Shown here: piece after piece, positions 12,978 through 24,334 of the stretch
How the letters are laid out: every line of letters starts with the position of its first letter
Position numbering within the stretch: position 1 is the stretch's first letter
Source: Flectonema sp. DT1601
Lineage: Eukaryota
Reading direction: 5' to 3'
Assembly (NCBI GenBank): GCA_964019425.1
Contig: OZ025791.1
Span: forward strand, 496,001-560,000
Length of the DNA stretch: 64,000 nucleotides
Program-made: the position numbers and the translations under genes
Notes under the pieces: generated by a model
What the model was told of the DNA's origin: nothing
Databases searched by the model: none
What the model saw: the letters and a program-made list of their open reading frames with translations, nothing else

Positions 12978-13381
12978 TTTGATAAGGGTGTTGAGTGTTA
13001 AGCAAAGAAATGGCTGTGAATGAAATAGTTAGAACAACTGCAAGAACAAGACTACAAAACTATACGATAAAACGCTATCAGAAACAGAGTATGAATATGT
13101 AACTTCAGTTCCTCATCCATTAGAATTGTTACCGACCAATAGGGTAACACCAGGTCTTTTTGACTGGATTATGACACACATTTCTGAGCAACATGCACTT
13201 TGCTGAGCCTTTAATAAACGGGAAAAACTGTATCTTTTTTTCCTTTTTTTTTTTTTTTTTTTTTTTGTTCTCAGGTTCTTTTACTTCGCAAATAAGTAGT
13301 TCTGCCCGTAAGCTCTTGCTTTTTTTAGTATAGAGCTAATTGCTTTGTTTTGCTTCGTTGCTTTTTATTTTATTTTATTTC

Positions 13382-13510
13382 GTACTGACGTTGTCGGAGA
13401 AAACTATTTAGATCAAAAGCCGTTATTTATTATGGCTTTGATTTATTTTCCTCCATGCGACAGGATTCTGCTTGCGTTCAATAAAAATATAAGGCTAATC
13501 TGAATGGTTT
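13382..13510. repeat. Dispersed ~130-bp repeat, copy A (partner at 15928-16058)
   Basis: gtactgacgttgtcggaga...ccgttattt...tttattttcctcc...caggattctg...aaggctaatctg aligns colinearly with 15928-16058. Confidence 0.8.
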
Positions 13511-14800
13511 TTTGTTTTTTTTTCCGGTTTTCCCTCTTTGTTTCTCTATTTATTTCAATTAAAGTTGCAGTCGGAAGTGCGGGGAAAAGAGGGGAGTGGG
13601 GAAAAAAAAAAGAGAGAAAAAAGAAAAAAAAATCATTTCACATGAGAGAAACAAAAAACGAATAAGCAATATAATTGTCCCGCCGGGCAATACTAAGAAG
13701 AGAATAAAAAAAAAATTAAAAAAAAAAAAAAAGAAATCGCGAAAAATGCATGCAAGGCATACATTAGATTATAATAGCCGAGTGGGTACAGCCTGAGTAA
13801 GTCTGCCACTGACTAATATCATCCCTTCTGAATAAAAATAAAGTAACGAAATAAAGCTTGTCTCCGTATTGTGTAGTATGAAGGGATCAACTTGTAGATA
13901 TTAATACCTACTCCTCTGAATTATCAGGGAAGTTGTGACTTCTTGTTATCTTTTCGCGCTAAATACTTTCCTTGATCACGATATTCAAAAACATTAAGGG
14001 AGCTCACCCAGCACTCTTCGAGGAAGAGACGTATAGTATGCGACTCTGTTGTCGTCACTATCAATGAAGACATCCAGGAGTTGGTGAAGAATTCACATGC
14101 AAAGCTAATCTATTTATGCATGTGCGCTTTTGACCCTGTTTCCCCGAAGTTCTCTCCTTTTCACTTTTAGTATCAGATCGAATTTTTAAACTGTATTTGT
14201 CCGATACAAAGAGAATGACCAGTACAGAGACAATCACTGTGACTAATTCAAAAGTAGATTAGCCCGACAAAAAAATCGATAGCTTGTTTACTTAAAATGA
14301 AACGTACTACCTCGTGATATATATAACAGATTCCACAAGGTTAATACAAGAGGGTTCGCAAGAAGTTTTTTGGTCATTTAATTATGTAAAAGAAAAACCA
14401 AGAAAAACAACAGAAAGAGAACAAGAATGAAATAAATATAAAAATAAATAAAATAAAATAAAAATGATTCGAGTCATAATCATAATGGTACATCAAATAA
14501 ACACTGAGAGAGGGGGAAAAATATGCGAACTCTTTTATTTTTTGTGGTTGAAAAGCAAGTGAAAGAAACTGTTAGTACATGAAGGTGGAGTCTCAGAAAG
14601 CTGACAATGGCAGCTGCAGGTGACGTAATATAACAATCACACGCAAGGTCGTAAAGAGAACACCAAGGTTGGCAAACAAATACTGGTTCAACAACCGAAG
14701 TTTGTGAGTATTATTCTTGCTTTTTGAATATTTATTGTTTAACTTTAAAGCACGAGATCGCGTATCAATACGGAAAAGCCAGCGTTTCCACTACAAAGTA

Positions 14801-15064
14801 TATCAGTCAAAAAAAAAAAAAAAAAAAAAAATTGCGACTAAATTCTAGACAAAAAAAAAAAAAAACTTTTTCAAAACGATTTAGTAAAAAAATTGATCCA
14901 ATATAAAGAGAACTAAACAGGCTGAGGCGAGTAGTAATAACCCGTCTTTTTGGACTTACGTTAATTCTTAATGAAAACACCTGTAGAACACTTTTGAGTA
15001 CCAAACAGGCTCAGGCGGTGAGAAAATGTTGTTTTTTTAGTCGCAAGGTTTTTTTTGACTGATA
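14801..15064. mobile_element. MITE-like element with terminal inverted repeats and TA at both ends
   Basis: Left TATCAGTC(A)nTTGCGACTAAA (14801-14842) is the reverse complement of right TTTAGTCGCAAGG(T)nGACTGATA (15036-15064). Non-coding interior with direct repeat AAACAGGCT[G/C]AGGCG. Confidence 0.55.
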
Positions 15065-15927
15065 CATAAATTCTTTAGGGAAAAAAAATTGGCTAACTCA
15101 AAATGCTAGTCAGAGAAGGTTTACTGCTAATACTATTTTTTTTTTTTTTTTGCTTTGTTTTGTTTTTGAGAACCGGACAATACTTTTGGTTTATGCAAAG
15201 AAAAAAAAAAGAAAGAAACAAATCCGTGAAATACACTCGGGTGAATTTTATTTTTCATTTTACTCCTCCTTTAACTTATTTTTGTCGGTGGGGTTCCGCG
15301 TCTGAACAAAAATCTCCAAGTGACACTCATTTCACGGATAGCGCAAAGTTTTGAAATGAAAAAAAAAAAAAAAAAAAAAAAAAAATACGCACGAAAAGCC
15401 CAACATGTTGCATTGAGCACATTTAAGAATTCAGAAATCTCTTTACAGATGATGTTCTTAATGTTATCTTATTGTTGCAGAATCGACGACGAGACGATCT
15501 ACCTCTCTTCACTTTTTACTTTGTATTCCAATAACCGTGATATGTAGCCTAGAAGTATTCTTGTCCAGTAGGGACACTACATCTGGCAAACTCGAAATAC
15601 AGTCGCGGGAACATAAAGTATACAGAGGTGCGAAAAAGGTCAATCACATTACATATTGCTCATCGCTGAAACAAGAAACCAAGCGTCGGATAGTGAAAAA
15701 GGAATCACCCTTTATACTGAAAAAATGGAAAACGATTTTTATTTTATTTCCACACGCGTAAACACTTTTCCTATATTTTCTGTATGCGAAAACCAATATG
15801 CGCAACCACAGCAAAATAATTCAAAAAGATTACGTTATGTTGCCATTATCATTTCCGCTCATAAGAAGGTAGTTTAGGTTTGTTATGCTTTCTCTTTAAT
15901 CTATTTCGGTATGATTTTTCTTTTTTT

Positions 15928-16058
15928 GTACCGACGTAGTCGGAGAAGAAACTATTCAGATCGAAATCCGTTATTTCTTATGGTCACAATTTATTTTCCT
16001 CCCTTGCAACAGGATTCTGTTTGCATTCAACGAAACACAAGGCTAATCTGATGGTTTT
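15928..16058. repeat. Dispersed ~130-bp repeat, copy B
   Basis: Diverged direct copy of 13382-13510. Confidence 0.8.
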
Positions 16059-16585
16059 ATTGCTTGTTTGATATTTCAGGCCAGCATATTTCTTTATTAT
16101 TATTATGTTTTTTTCCCCATTCTTTTTAGTTTTGTTTGTGTGCACACTCTGATTTATTCTTCCACATTAAAGAGCGTGCTTATGCTACATACTATCGCAT
16201 GTGAAAAATCTTGCAAAAATGAACACTCACCTTTTGCTGAGCCTTAGCAAAAAAAAAGATAAATAAATAAATAAAAATATTAAAAAAAAGATTGCATAGA
16301 CTAACGAGACAAAAGGTAATCACTACCACCATCAATTGAGCTGGTGCCGCTTCCAGGGAACCAAATATTGTTTATTAGTGGTAAGATCTCACGCTATATT
16401 TATATATCGTTTCGCTTCATTCCGGTTTTAGCGGAAGGGAATTTTTTTTTTTTAGGTAAAGGAACAGAATTGACAGGTAAAAGACTTTAACACCATCGAT
16501 GATGTATTTTTTTTTTGTTTTTTAAATTGCGCTACACGGAATGTGCCCAACACAGGTAAGTATCACTTGAGCGGGTAGGCGCTAC

Positions 16586-17829
16586 TTATGTTTCTTCTTC
16601 TGGATCACTCTGTTGAGGTGTTTTTTTTTTTTTTTTTACTTCATAAATAACCCATGTAAGGTAACTAACTACATACCTTTTTCTTCTCACTGATGGTAGT
16701 TTCATCGAACCCAACTTTAAACCACGCATGCTTTAGCACGTCAGGAATCGTTGCACGTTCCTCAGGATTCTTTACTAAGAGTACGTCTGTTGTGGGTGTT
16801 GTTATTATTAAGAATCATTTCAGGGGAAAGAGGAGATCAAAAAACACAATAATGGTCATTCAACATACCAATAAGATCCTGAGCTTCAGGAGAGATGCTT
16901 TTGTCTGCTTGAGGTGGAAGATTTCTAATCTTTGACAACACTTCGCTTACTTGCTTCGCTCTAAACGGAAGATACCCCGATAAAAGCTGGTACAAAATGA
17001 CACCACATGACCATAGATCTGCCTTGAAGCCATCGTACCCATTTTGAGTATTAAATACTTCAGGCGCAACATAGTTTGGAGTTCCACAAACTGTTCTCAA
17101 CTTTAGCGAGCTGGAGACTTGACCTCCTTCATCTACAAATTGAAGATTTGAGAGACCGAAGTCGCTGACCTTTAACTCGCCTCCTCTCGTCAACAGCAAG
17201 TTTTCTGGTTTCAAATCTCTGTGTGCGACTTGCTGCTGATGACAGTAGTGCATTGCTGTGATTAATTGTTGGAAAAGGTTCCTGGCTTTGGATTCCTCTA
17301 CTCCAACACCGTCAGGTATCTTTTTAAGAAGTGCACAGCCCTGTGTGTGTTGTGTGTTGTTTGTTGTGTGTGTAATTTAACGAAAATAATCAACTCTTTC
17401 GACTACATACATCAATGAGTTCCAACACCAGATAAATATTATTCTTTGTCTGTAACACTTCATATAGCGTTACTACGTGAGGGTGTTTTAATGACTTCAT
17501 TATCGCAATTTCTCTGTACAGTTGTTCCTTTCCATGTTCTTGCTTTGACAAGCTCTGTTTGTTTATTATTTTTGATGTTGTTCTTCAAAGAGATCAGCTT
17601 TTTCACAAACACATACCTCTTTTGCAATACATTTTATAGCGTATTCTCCGTTTGTTTCGATGTGTGTAGCTAGGTGAACCTCTGTTTGTAATTAGGTTGT
17701 GGACAAGTCAAAATTAATTACTTTAAAAAAAGGAAATTGTAAAGACATACTTCCGAAGCTTCCCTCGCCCAGCACATCACCGAGTTTATATTTTCCGACG
17801 GTCTTTCCCTGAATAGGTGACGCTGCCAT
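16586..17829 (-). CDS. SNF1/CIPK-like Ser/Thr protein kinase (CAMK group), 297 aa, 6 exons
   Basis: Exons 17751-17829, 17617-17681, 17411-17554, 16869-17340, 16677-16786 and 16586-16609 join in frame via five GTATG...ACAG introns. Motifs: [43 protein letters not shown]. Confidence 0.9.
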
Positions 17830-18979
17830 GTTCCCCCCAACTACAGCCCCTGTTAATTAAATAATTTTAAAGAACAGATGACACTAACAAACTATGTGAC
17901 GATAAAAAGATAACTCAAAATAGAAATTAAATACTTCAGATTGCATCAATCAAAGCAAACAGGACGTTTGCTTCAGTAAGGTCTTCAGTTAACAACAGCG
18001 GTCAGCTCTCTCTCTCTCACATTAGTTGTAAAGGACATTAGAAGATTAGAAGATATCAAAATAGGAAGCCGTGGCCTCACACAACGTACATCAATTGTAA
18101 TCAATTCAAACAGTCACCTGTACCCACCTGCCCTCTGAATAATGTAGCACTTTGTTTTTGTTTGTTATAAAATTACTCGAAACCAGAAACAAGTCAAAGT
18201 GGTGTTAACGTTACCTGCTCGTAAAACATGCCTTTGAGATGAAAAAAAAAACAGTTGGGGGAAGAATAAAAACTCTGGATACCCAAAGAGGGTTCACTAA
18301 GAACTCTCTTTTGGTAGTTGAGATTGTTGTTTACTTTCTGAGTTTCTTCAGAAAAAAAAAAAGAGAAAAAAAAATTGTTCGCAGCTTTTAACATCGCAAT
18401 GCTGGTTTGCAAAAGTCAGCTTGCGATCCTTTTTAGTGGAGGTATCTTTTCTTTTCGCTTCAAGGAGTCGAGTCTCGTCAATTCTAAGACCAGCTGTCTG
18501 TTGCATTAGCGTGTGAACACAAAGACACGCGCTGTGCAACTTGCAATAGAAATGGAAACGGCAGCGATGACTGCAGACTGTAGGCATGGTTCATGCACGT
18601 GTTTTGTTTTGAGAATCTCGCCTAGTAAGGAAGATTATATGGCATTCTATGAAATGGAATAAAGCTGTTCATCAGTTGAACATTTTGATAACATTTCTCA
18701 CTACGAGTCTTACAGCCTGAATCTGATTTTTTGTTGTTAGTTTGATCTCCCAGTCAGGAAGATTGCTTTTTTTCTTTTTTTTTTTTTTCTTTCTATAACG
18801 GTTTCCTCTGTTCTTTGTATCCACCTGTGCCTGCTTATTATTTTGTTATTATTATTTTCTCTTTAAATTTTCATTTTCAAAAAACGGTTTTTTTTTTTTT
18901 TTTTTTTCATTGAGTCTTGGGATTTCAAAATCAAATTCAAAAGAGATGAAATCCAGCAATTCCACACGACACTCACAAG

Positions 18980-19078
18980 GTTAGTTAAAATATGTGTCTT
19001 GTAAAATAGTGCGCCAAATCAAAATATAAAAAAGAAAATTTTAAGAAAGACATTGTTCTGTTGTTCCATTTTACACCG
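18980..19078. repeat. Dispersed ~100-bp repeat (partner at 23594-23700)
   Basis: gttagttaaa...aaaatagtgc..aaatcaaa...cattgttctg.tgttccat..acac is shared colinearly with 23594-23700. Confidence 0.65.
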
Positions 19079-19302
19079 TTCCTCATTGGGTTAGGCTATG
19101 AGTTGGTTAATGGGTTCTTTGTTTCTATTTATTACACTACCCGCCCAACAACGGGTACAAGGTGTCGGGGGATACCGGCTACTGCAGCAATCACTTTACC
19201 ACATCTTGCATTTAGTAGTGAGCGGGAGGGAAGTAGGGAATTGCACCCGCCGAAAAACGGGTGAGCAAAAGGGAATAAGGAGAGACGCCGCTATAAACTT
19301 TT

Positions 19303-21348
19303 CTAGTTAGAGTGTTCCTTTAAGAATGAAACACCTTTGTCGTGGATTAGCTTCCAGTCCTCGCGGCAAGTAGCGAACTCCGATTCGAGGAAATCCAAAA
19401 CTGCTCGAGTTGTTATAATTAGAGAGTTCTGAAAGTTTGATTTTGAAATGTTTAAAAGTGAAGCAAGTTTTAATGATGGTGACCAAGAGCCGTTTGATTC
19501 TTGAAGGAACAGAATAGCATCTGGGGACCTCCTGTCAGGTGAACGAGAACGAGAACCAGAACGATATCTTCGGTAGTCACGATCACGGCTTCTGCTGTTG
19601 TCACGTACAAATCTTCGTTCACGACATCGATTCATATCAGTGTCACTGCTGTCATTTCGAAGTCTCCTGTCACGACTTACGGATCTTCGATAACCATAAA
19701 TAGATTCATCGCTTGATGACCAACTTCTCAATCTTCTCCTTCTCCGTCTTCTTCGTAAAGAATAACTATCCTCCTCCAGAACATCATCATTTGAAATATT
19801 TATAACAGATATGGGGAGTCCGCAATTAGAGGCAACGACCGATGTGAATTTTGATTTAATTTGATGTGCAACTGATACTTTCTTAGCGTCAATGATCATC
19901 TGTTCTGTTGCGATAGAATTCTGATGGAAATCTTCACAACGTTTGATAAAACGAGAAGCAGCTACTAACGGGATTGAAGGATCGGTACTCTCTTCAACTG
20001 AGAACAACACATCACTACCAGCTAATTTCCACACGTCAGTTTCTTTGATAACTTCACTACAGAAACCGTAGTGGTAGACTGTGGATTTCTGTGGTATTTG
20101 AATTCTTGTTACCTCTCCATTAGGTGATACCAGTTGCGCCTTATTGCAACCCAAGAAAGAAGTCATCAGACTAGTGATCTTCGATACGGCAGTTGAAAGA
20201 GTCTTAACATAACAGTGTTGTCCTGTAGTTGATTGAGCTAGTCCGCGAACTAAATCAGAACAACATCTGTTTCCAATACCAATGCAGTGGATAGCACACG
20301 CTTTAGTTGAATAAGCTTTCCGAGCAAGTTGTAAAACAGGTTCTGTATCAGAAACCCCACCATCTGTGATAACAATACAACAGTTTTGATGATCAGGGTC
20401 AAACCTGCTACTTACTTCATGTAAAGGAGCAAACAGTTCTGTACCTCCAAGATTGGCCTTCATACTTTGGCAGTACCTCTTTGCTTCAGTAAATGTTTCT
20501 TGAGTTAGTTGCATTGGAATATCAAAAAGTTTATTGAATTGACTTCCGAATTTCACAACATTAAACAGCACACCTTCCGGAAGAGACTGCACGAAGTATT
20601 GAAGTACACGAATAGCTTCTTGAATAGTATCAGACATAGAGGCAGAGCAATCTACGAAAAAGACGATACATTTATTATTAAGGCGAGTTAAAGTACATCC
20701 ATTGATACTTGAAGATAGTGACATCCTGTAAGCATAACCTCTACTGGAATCTAATAACGTAACTAATTCTAACTTTGGACGAGGGATGTTGAAAGAGATT
20801 ATGGGTGTTTCACTGAATGGGTTTAAATTGATCATCAGATTCGAATCAATCAAATCTCCTGAGAACTCCCACGGAAGAAGTGAATTCACTTTGATAGTCA
20901 CTTTATCTGAAGTCAATAACCTTCTGGATGAGTAGTACCAAGGCTTTATAGAACATGGTACTTCATAGTAACCAACTGAGTTATCTGTTTGAGGGGATGC
21001 TATTTCCAGAACGTAGGTGACGGATGTCTTTATTGTTCCTCCAGGTCGTACAGTACCCAAGAGAGCGTATAGGATATCTGTATTTTGGGGTAGCATCGAT
21101 GCCGGAACGTAGTCATCCCACTCAAGGTGATCATTTTCTTGTTGTGAGTACATCGTAGTTTTGATCTCTTCACTTCCCAGTAGCAGTTTTAGATTTGTTA
21201 TTCGCATGGTGTCTCCCGATGGAATAGCACAAGAAATCGGCATATCAGCAGATTTGTTGTTATTGAAAACTGATTCAATCAGAATTCGTGCAGCAGAGAT
21301 CCCACTGTCTATTGTTACTTTTGTTGATACACTAAGGTTCCTATTCAT
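19303..21348 (-). CDS. von Willebrand factor A domain protein, VWA5A-like (degenerate VIT + VWA), with Arg/Ser-rich insert
   Basis: MIDAS motif FFVDCSASM, FNVVKFGS, ANLGGTEL, IVITDG, IGIG. C-terminal LQESNGSW...EDWKLIHDKG as in VWA5A-type proteins. Confidence 0.85.
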   Translation of the reverse strand: MNRNLSVSTKVTIDSGISAARILIESVFNNNKSADMPISCAIPSGDTMRITNLKLLLGSEEIKTTMYSQQENDHLEWDDYVPASMLPQNTDILYALLGTVRPGGTIKTSVTYVLEIASPQTDNSVGYYEVPCSIKPWYYSSRRLLTSDKVTIKVNSLLPWEFSGDLIDSNLMINLNPFSETPIISFNIPRPKLELVTLLDSSRGYAYRMSLSSSINGCTLTRLNNKCIVFFVDCSASMSDTIQEAIRVLQYFVQSLPEGVLFNVVKFGSQFNKLFDIPMQLTQETFTEAKRYCQSMKANLGGTELFAPLHEVSSRFDPDHQNCCIVITDGGVSDTEPVLQLARKAYSTKACAIHCIGIGNRCCSDLVRGLAQSTTGQHCYVKTLSTAVSKITSLMTSFLGCNKAQLVSPNGEVTRIQIPQKSTVYHYGFCSEVIKETDVWKLAGSDVLFSVEESTDPSIPLVAASRFIKRCEDFHQNSIATEQMIIDAKKVSVAHQIKSKFTSVVASNCGLPISVINISNDDVLEEDSYSLRRRRRRRRLRSWSSSDESIYGYRRSVSRDRRLRNDSSDTDMNRCRERRFVRDNSRSRDRDYRRYRSGSRSRSPDRRSPDAILFLQESNGSWSPSLKLASLLNISKSNFQNSLIITTRAVLDFLESEFATCREDWKLIHDKGVSFLKEHSN

Positions 21349-21460
21349 TGTTCTGTTGTAATTGGTTTTATGCTATGAAAAATATTTTTATTTTTTTCCT
21401 ATTTTAAAAGGTTTTTTACCACTACCAAAACCTTGAGAGAAGCACCATAAATTGTAGAAA

Positions 21461-21498
<38 letters not shown>

Positions 21499-21938
21499 CA
21501 AATTCTCGTTTTTTTTTGTTGTTTTTTTTTTATAGCATAATTCTCAACGGGGGTTTTTTTTTGTTTGTTTTTTTTTAAAAATTCTTCCTTCAAGTGTCTC
21601 ACAACAAAAGAAACCTATGGCTAGAAGGAATCAAAACTTTGGAACTGAACACCACTACACAGTAATCCATTCATAAATATGTTGAACGGTATTTTTATCT
21701 GCGATCGTGTATTACGTGGTTCTGGTGGATTTTTTTTTTTTTTTTTTTTTGCACTCGCCAGCCTTGGCATCAAAAAAACACAAAAAAAAAAAAAAACCAA
21801 ACAACTATCGAATAGCTAGAGTCACAAAGGGACACAAAGTGACAGGGAACGCACTACTGTTCAACTACTTAAAAGCGAGGCCTTACTTGTAACAATAACA
21901 GATGTTGCTTTTGAGACATGTTCTGCCTGAAAATATCA

Positions 21939-22616
21939 TTACATCAACGTACAACATTTGTTAGTGTCAGCAGAAGCTCTGTAGAATCCCTTACTGATTG
22001 CTGACAAATCGTTTGAACGGTCGACCTGTTTTGAATTAATTTAATCAACGCAATTAATTATTGAAGTTATTTTATATTTACAGAAACATACCAAATCGCT
22101 CATTTTGTCTCCTCGCTCAAGGACTTTTTCAAGATTCTGTGTCATTAGTGTTTGGATGTCGTCGAGGTCTTGTTGGATTTTAGTCACTTGATCCGCATTT
22201 TTCGGATCCTGAAATTTCTTTAATTTCTCATTCAGTTCCGCCCATTTGAAATGGTTGTCTGTAAGTTTTTCATTCTCCCATTGACCAGCAAAGTTATCAC
22301 AAAAGTCTTTCATTATTATACCACAGAGAGAGAATGCAACTCTATCCTTATAATGTTCATTACAGGTTACAGCACAGATTAAACCATCATCTCTTGCATG
22401 AGTGTACAGCCTGTATTCGTGTTCTACAAACTGCTGTCTTGTGTTAGCATTCGTTCGAGATGCCGCTGTTCTACCGAAGAACCGAAGTGATTCACCGACT
22501 CCGACTCTTTGTAATATTGGAAATGATGAGGTGTCTATGGCGCTGGTTAGCAGAATAGGATCGCTACCTCCATCACCCTTCTTGAATAGGATGATACTAT
22601 AAAGTTTTTCAGTCAT
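21939..22616 (-). CDS. YKT6: Longin R-SNARE YKT6; 2 exons
   Basis: Longin domain plus SNARE motif VLERGDKMSDL. Intron 22026-22091 (GTATG...AAACAG) adds VDRSNDLSAISKGFYRASADTNKCCTLM*, ending in the CCAAX lipidation motif. Confidence 0.92.
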
Positions 22617-22857
22617 TTTTTTTTTTTTTTTTTTTTTTTTTTCCCTTTCCTGTGTAAAGACATTAATAAAGTAATGAACAGATTCACAACACGATTATCA
22701 AAACAACAGTCCAAGTGCTGTAACAAAATGAGAAGCATCACTTCACAACTACTAATCACAGACCTCCGTGTATGTGTACGGCTACAGACTGATATCTTTT
22801 GTAAATGGTCTTATATAGAAAATCTGTAGATGTGTACAACCAGACTCTGTATGCAAC

Positions 22858-23118
22858 TCAAAGACCTAAATCACTCCATGACAGAGCTTTCTTCATATCA
22901 CTAGCGAGAACAGAACCACCTACTTTTGTACTGTTACCAGATAAGTGGTTGTGGTCAGTGAAGGAATCAGGGTCATATAATTTAAGCTGATTGTAATGTG
23001 TTGGTATATTGTTGGGAGAAAACAAAAAAATAGACTTAATTTCGCATACCTTCTTAACTGAAGTCCCTGAAACTCCAATTTTACTTGCCTCATCTAAATG
23101 TCTATTTATTTTACCCAT
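22858..23118 (-). CDS. Small hypothetical protein (~65 aa after removing an in-frame 63-nt intron)
   Basis: ORF containing a GTATG...AATCAG segment (22987-23049) of the size typical for this window; no recognisable domain. Confidence 0.45.
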   Translation of the reverse strand: MGKINRHLDEASKIGVSGTSVKKVCEIKSIFLFSPNNIPTHYNQLKLYDPDSFTDHNHLSGNSTKVGGSVLASDMKKALSWSDLGL

Positions 23119-23593
23119 TTTTTTTTTTTTTTTTTTTTGTGTGTAACTTAAATTGAGAATGAATTATGACTTTAGAATTGAAAAACAGGTTTTCAAAATC
23201 ACACGCTATATTGTGTAATAAAAAAAATACTTTTCGCTGTGTGATTTTTCAGCGCATTTGCTGACAGGAGCCCCCTACTTGTTTTTTTTTTTTTACATCG
23301 GTAAGCACACACTCTAGAATGAGGTTATGCTGTTGTGTTAACGAGACAACAACAAAAAAAAGCAAAAAAAAATAAAAAATAAAGTTAGTATTTAGCAATA
23401 TTAGAAGTATTTATCACACAAATATAATGGTTTAATTAGTTATGTGATTGTTATATAAAATAAAAAAAGAATATAGTGACTCTAATTCGAGATGTAAAAT
23501 CAAGACGTAAAACTAGCTGAAAGTAAGTATTTTTTTTATTAGTGGAGATTCACAAATAAATAAATAAATAAATAAATCAAATAATATAACTTA

Positions 23594-23700
23594 GTTAGTT
23601 AAATCAGATATGCGAAGTTTTCTTATAAAAATAGTGCACTAAATCAAACAAAGAAAAAAAAGAAAAAAAAATCATTGTTCTGCTGTTCCATATAACACTG
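23594..23700. repeat. Dispersed ~100-bp repeat (partner at 18980-19078)
   Basis: Colinear similarity to 18980-19078. Confidence 0.65.
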
Positions 23701-23883
23701 AGGAATACGTAGCTTCACGACTTAATCTTTTACACTACTTGTCCCCTTTAGGCCTTTATCAGTAAGTTCTGGGGACTTCATTCCAGTTTTTTTTTTTTTT
23801 TTGATAATTTAGATTTACTAACGATAATAAATAAATAGCTAAATCAATAAATCAATCAAGGTATAAAATCAAGAATCACTCGA

Positions 23884-24157
23884 TTAGTTAGTGTCCAGAA
23901 CTGATGACCGCGAGGGGTTTGGGTAACCCGCACCAGAGGACCCAATCACAGAGATCGTGTTTTTATCGCCTCGGCTGGAAGGGGCAATTCCCACCTTGCC
24001 TAGAGACTAACAGATTGAAAAAGAAACTATTATTTTTTAAAAAAATCGGGGGGGGGGGAAAAAATGATCTGGGAGGAGAGATGGGGATAGTAAATAAAAT
24101 ATCTTTTCCAAAAAAACCTTTCTTCATGAAATAATAACATGTGTCAAATACCCATAC
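23884..24157 (-). mobile_element. SINE/LINE-3'-end-like dispersed repeat, copy 1
   Basis: aactgatgac..cgaggggt.tgggta.cccgca.cag..ggacccaatc...ggctggaag...ccaccttgcc.agag.ctaacag...gatctgggag...acatgtg is shared with 55721-56004. It begins at a (TTAG)n run, i.e. a (CTAA)n tail on the minus strand. Confidence 0.55.
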
Positions 24158-24334
24158 TAAGCATTAATATCGTAAGGGACTTGAAGGCTTTACTGGGCAA
24201 CATGAATATCATTAGTACCGATCTGTTTTGGAATAGAATCCAGAAAGGAAGCCCAATCAGTTTTATGTCTTAACTGCTCAGTCAGGACCATATCAAAGAG
24301 TTTCATCACATCACATAGTAAGAAGGCTTTAGTG

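Noticed and set aside
13800..15877. Degenerate transposase ORFs in the gene-free patch
   Set aside because: Short open frames with no DDE, RT or HUH motif that I could recognise.
23895..23940. Hammerhead (CTGATGA on +) or HDV-like ribozyme (ACC-CCTCGC-GGT on -) in the dispersed repeat
   Set aside because: No stem II-GAAA follows CTGATGA. For HDV, P1/P3-like pairings exist but I found no P1.1 GG, P4 or P2 closure. An Infernal search would settle it.
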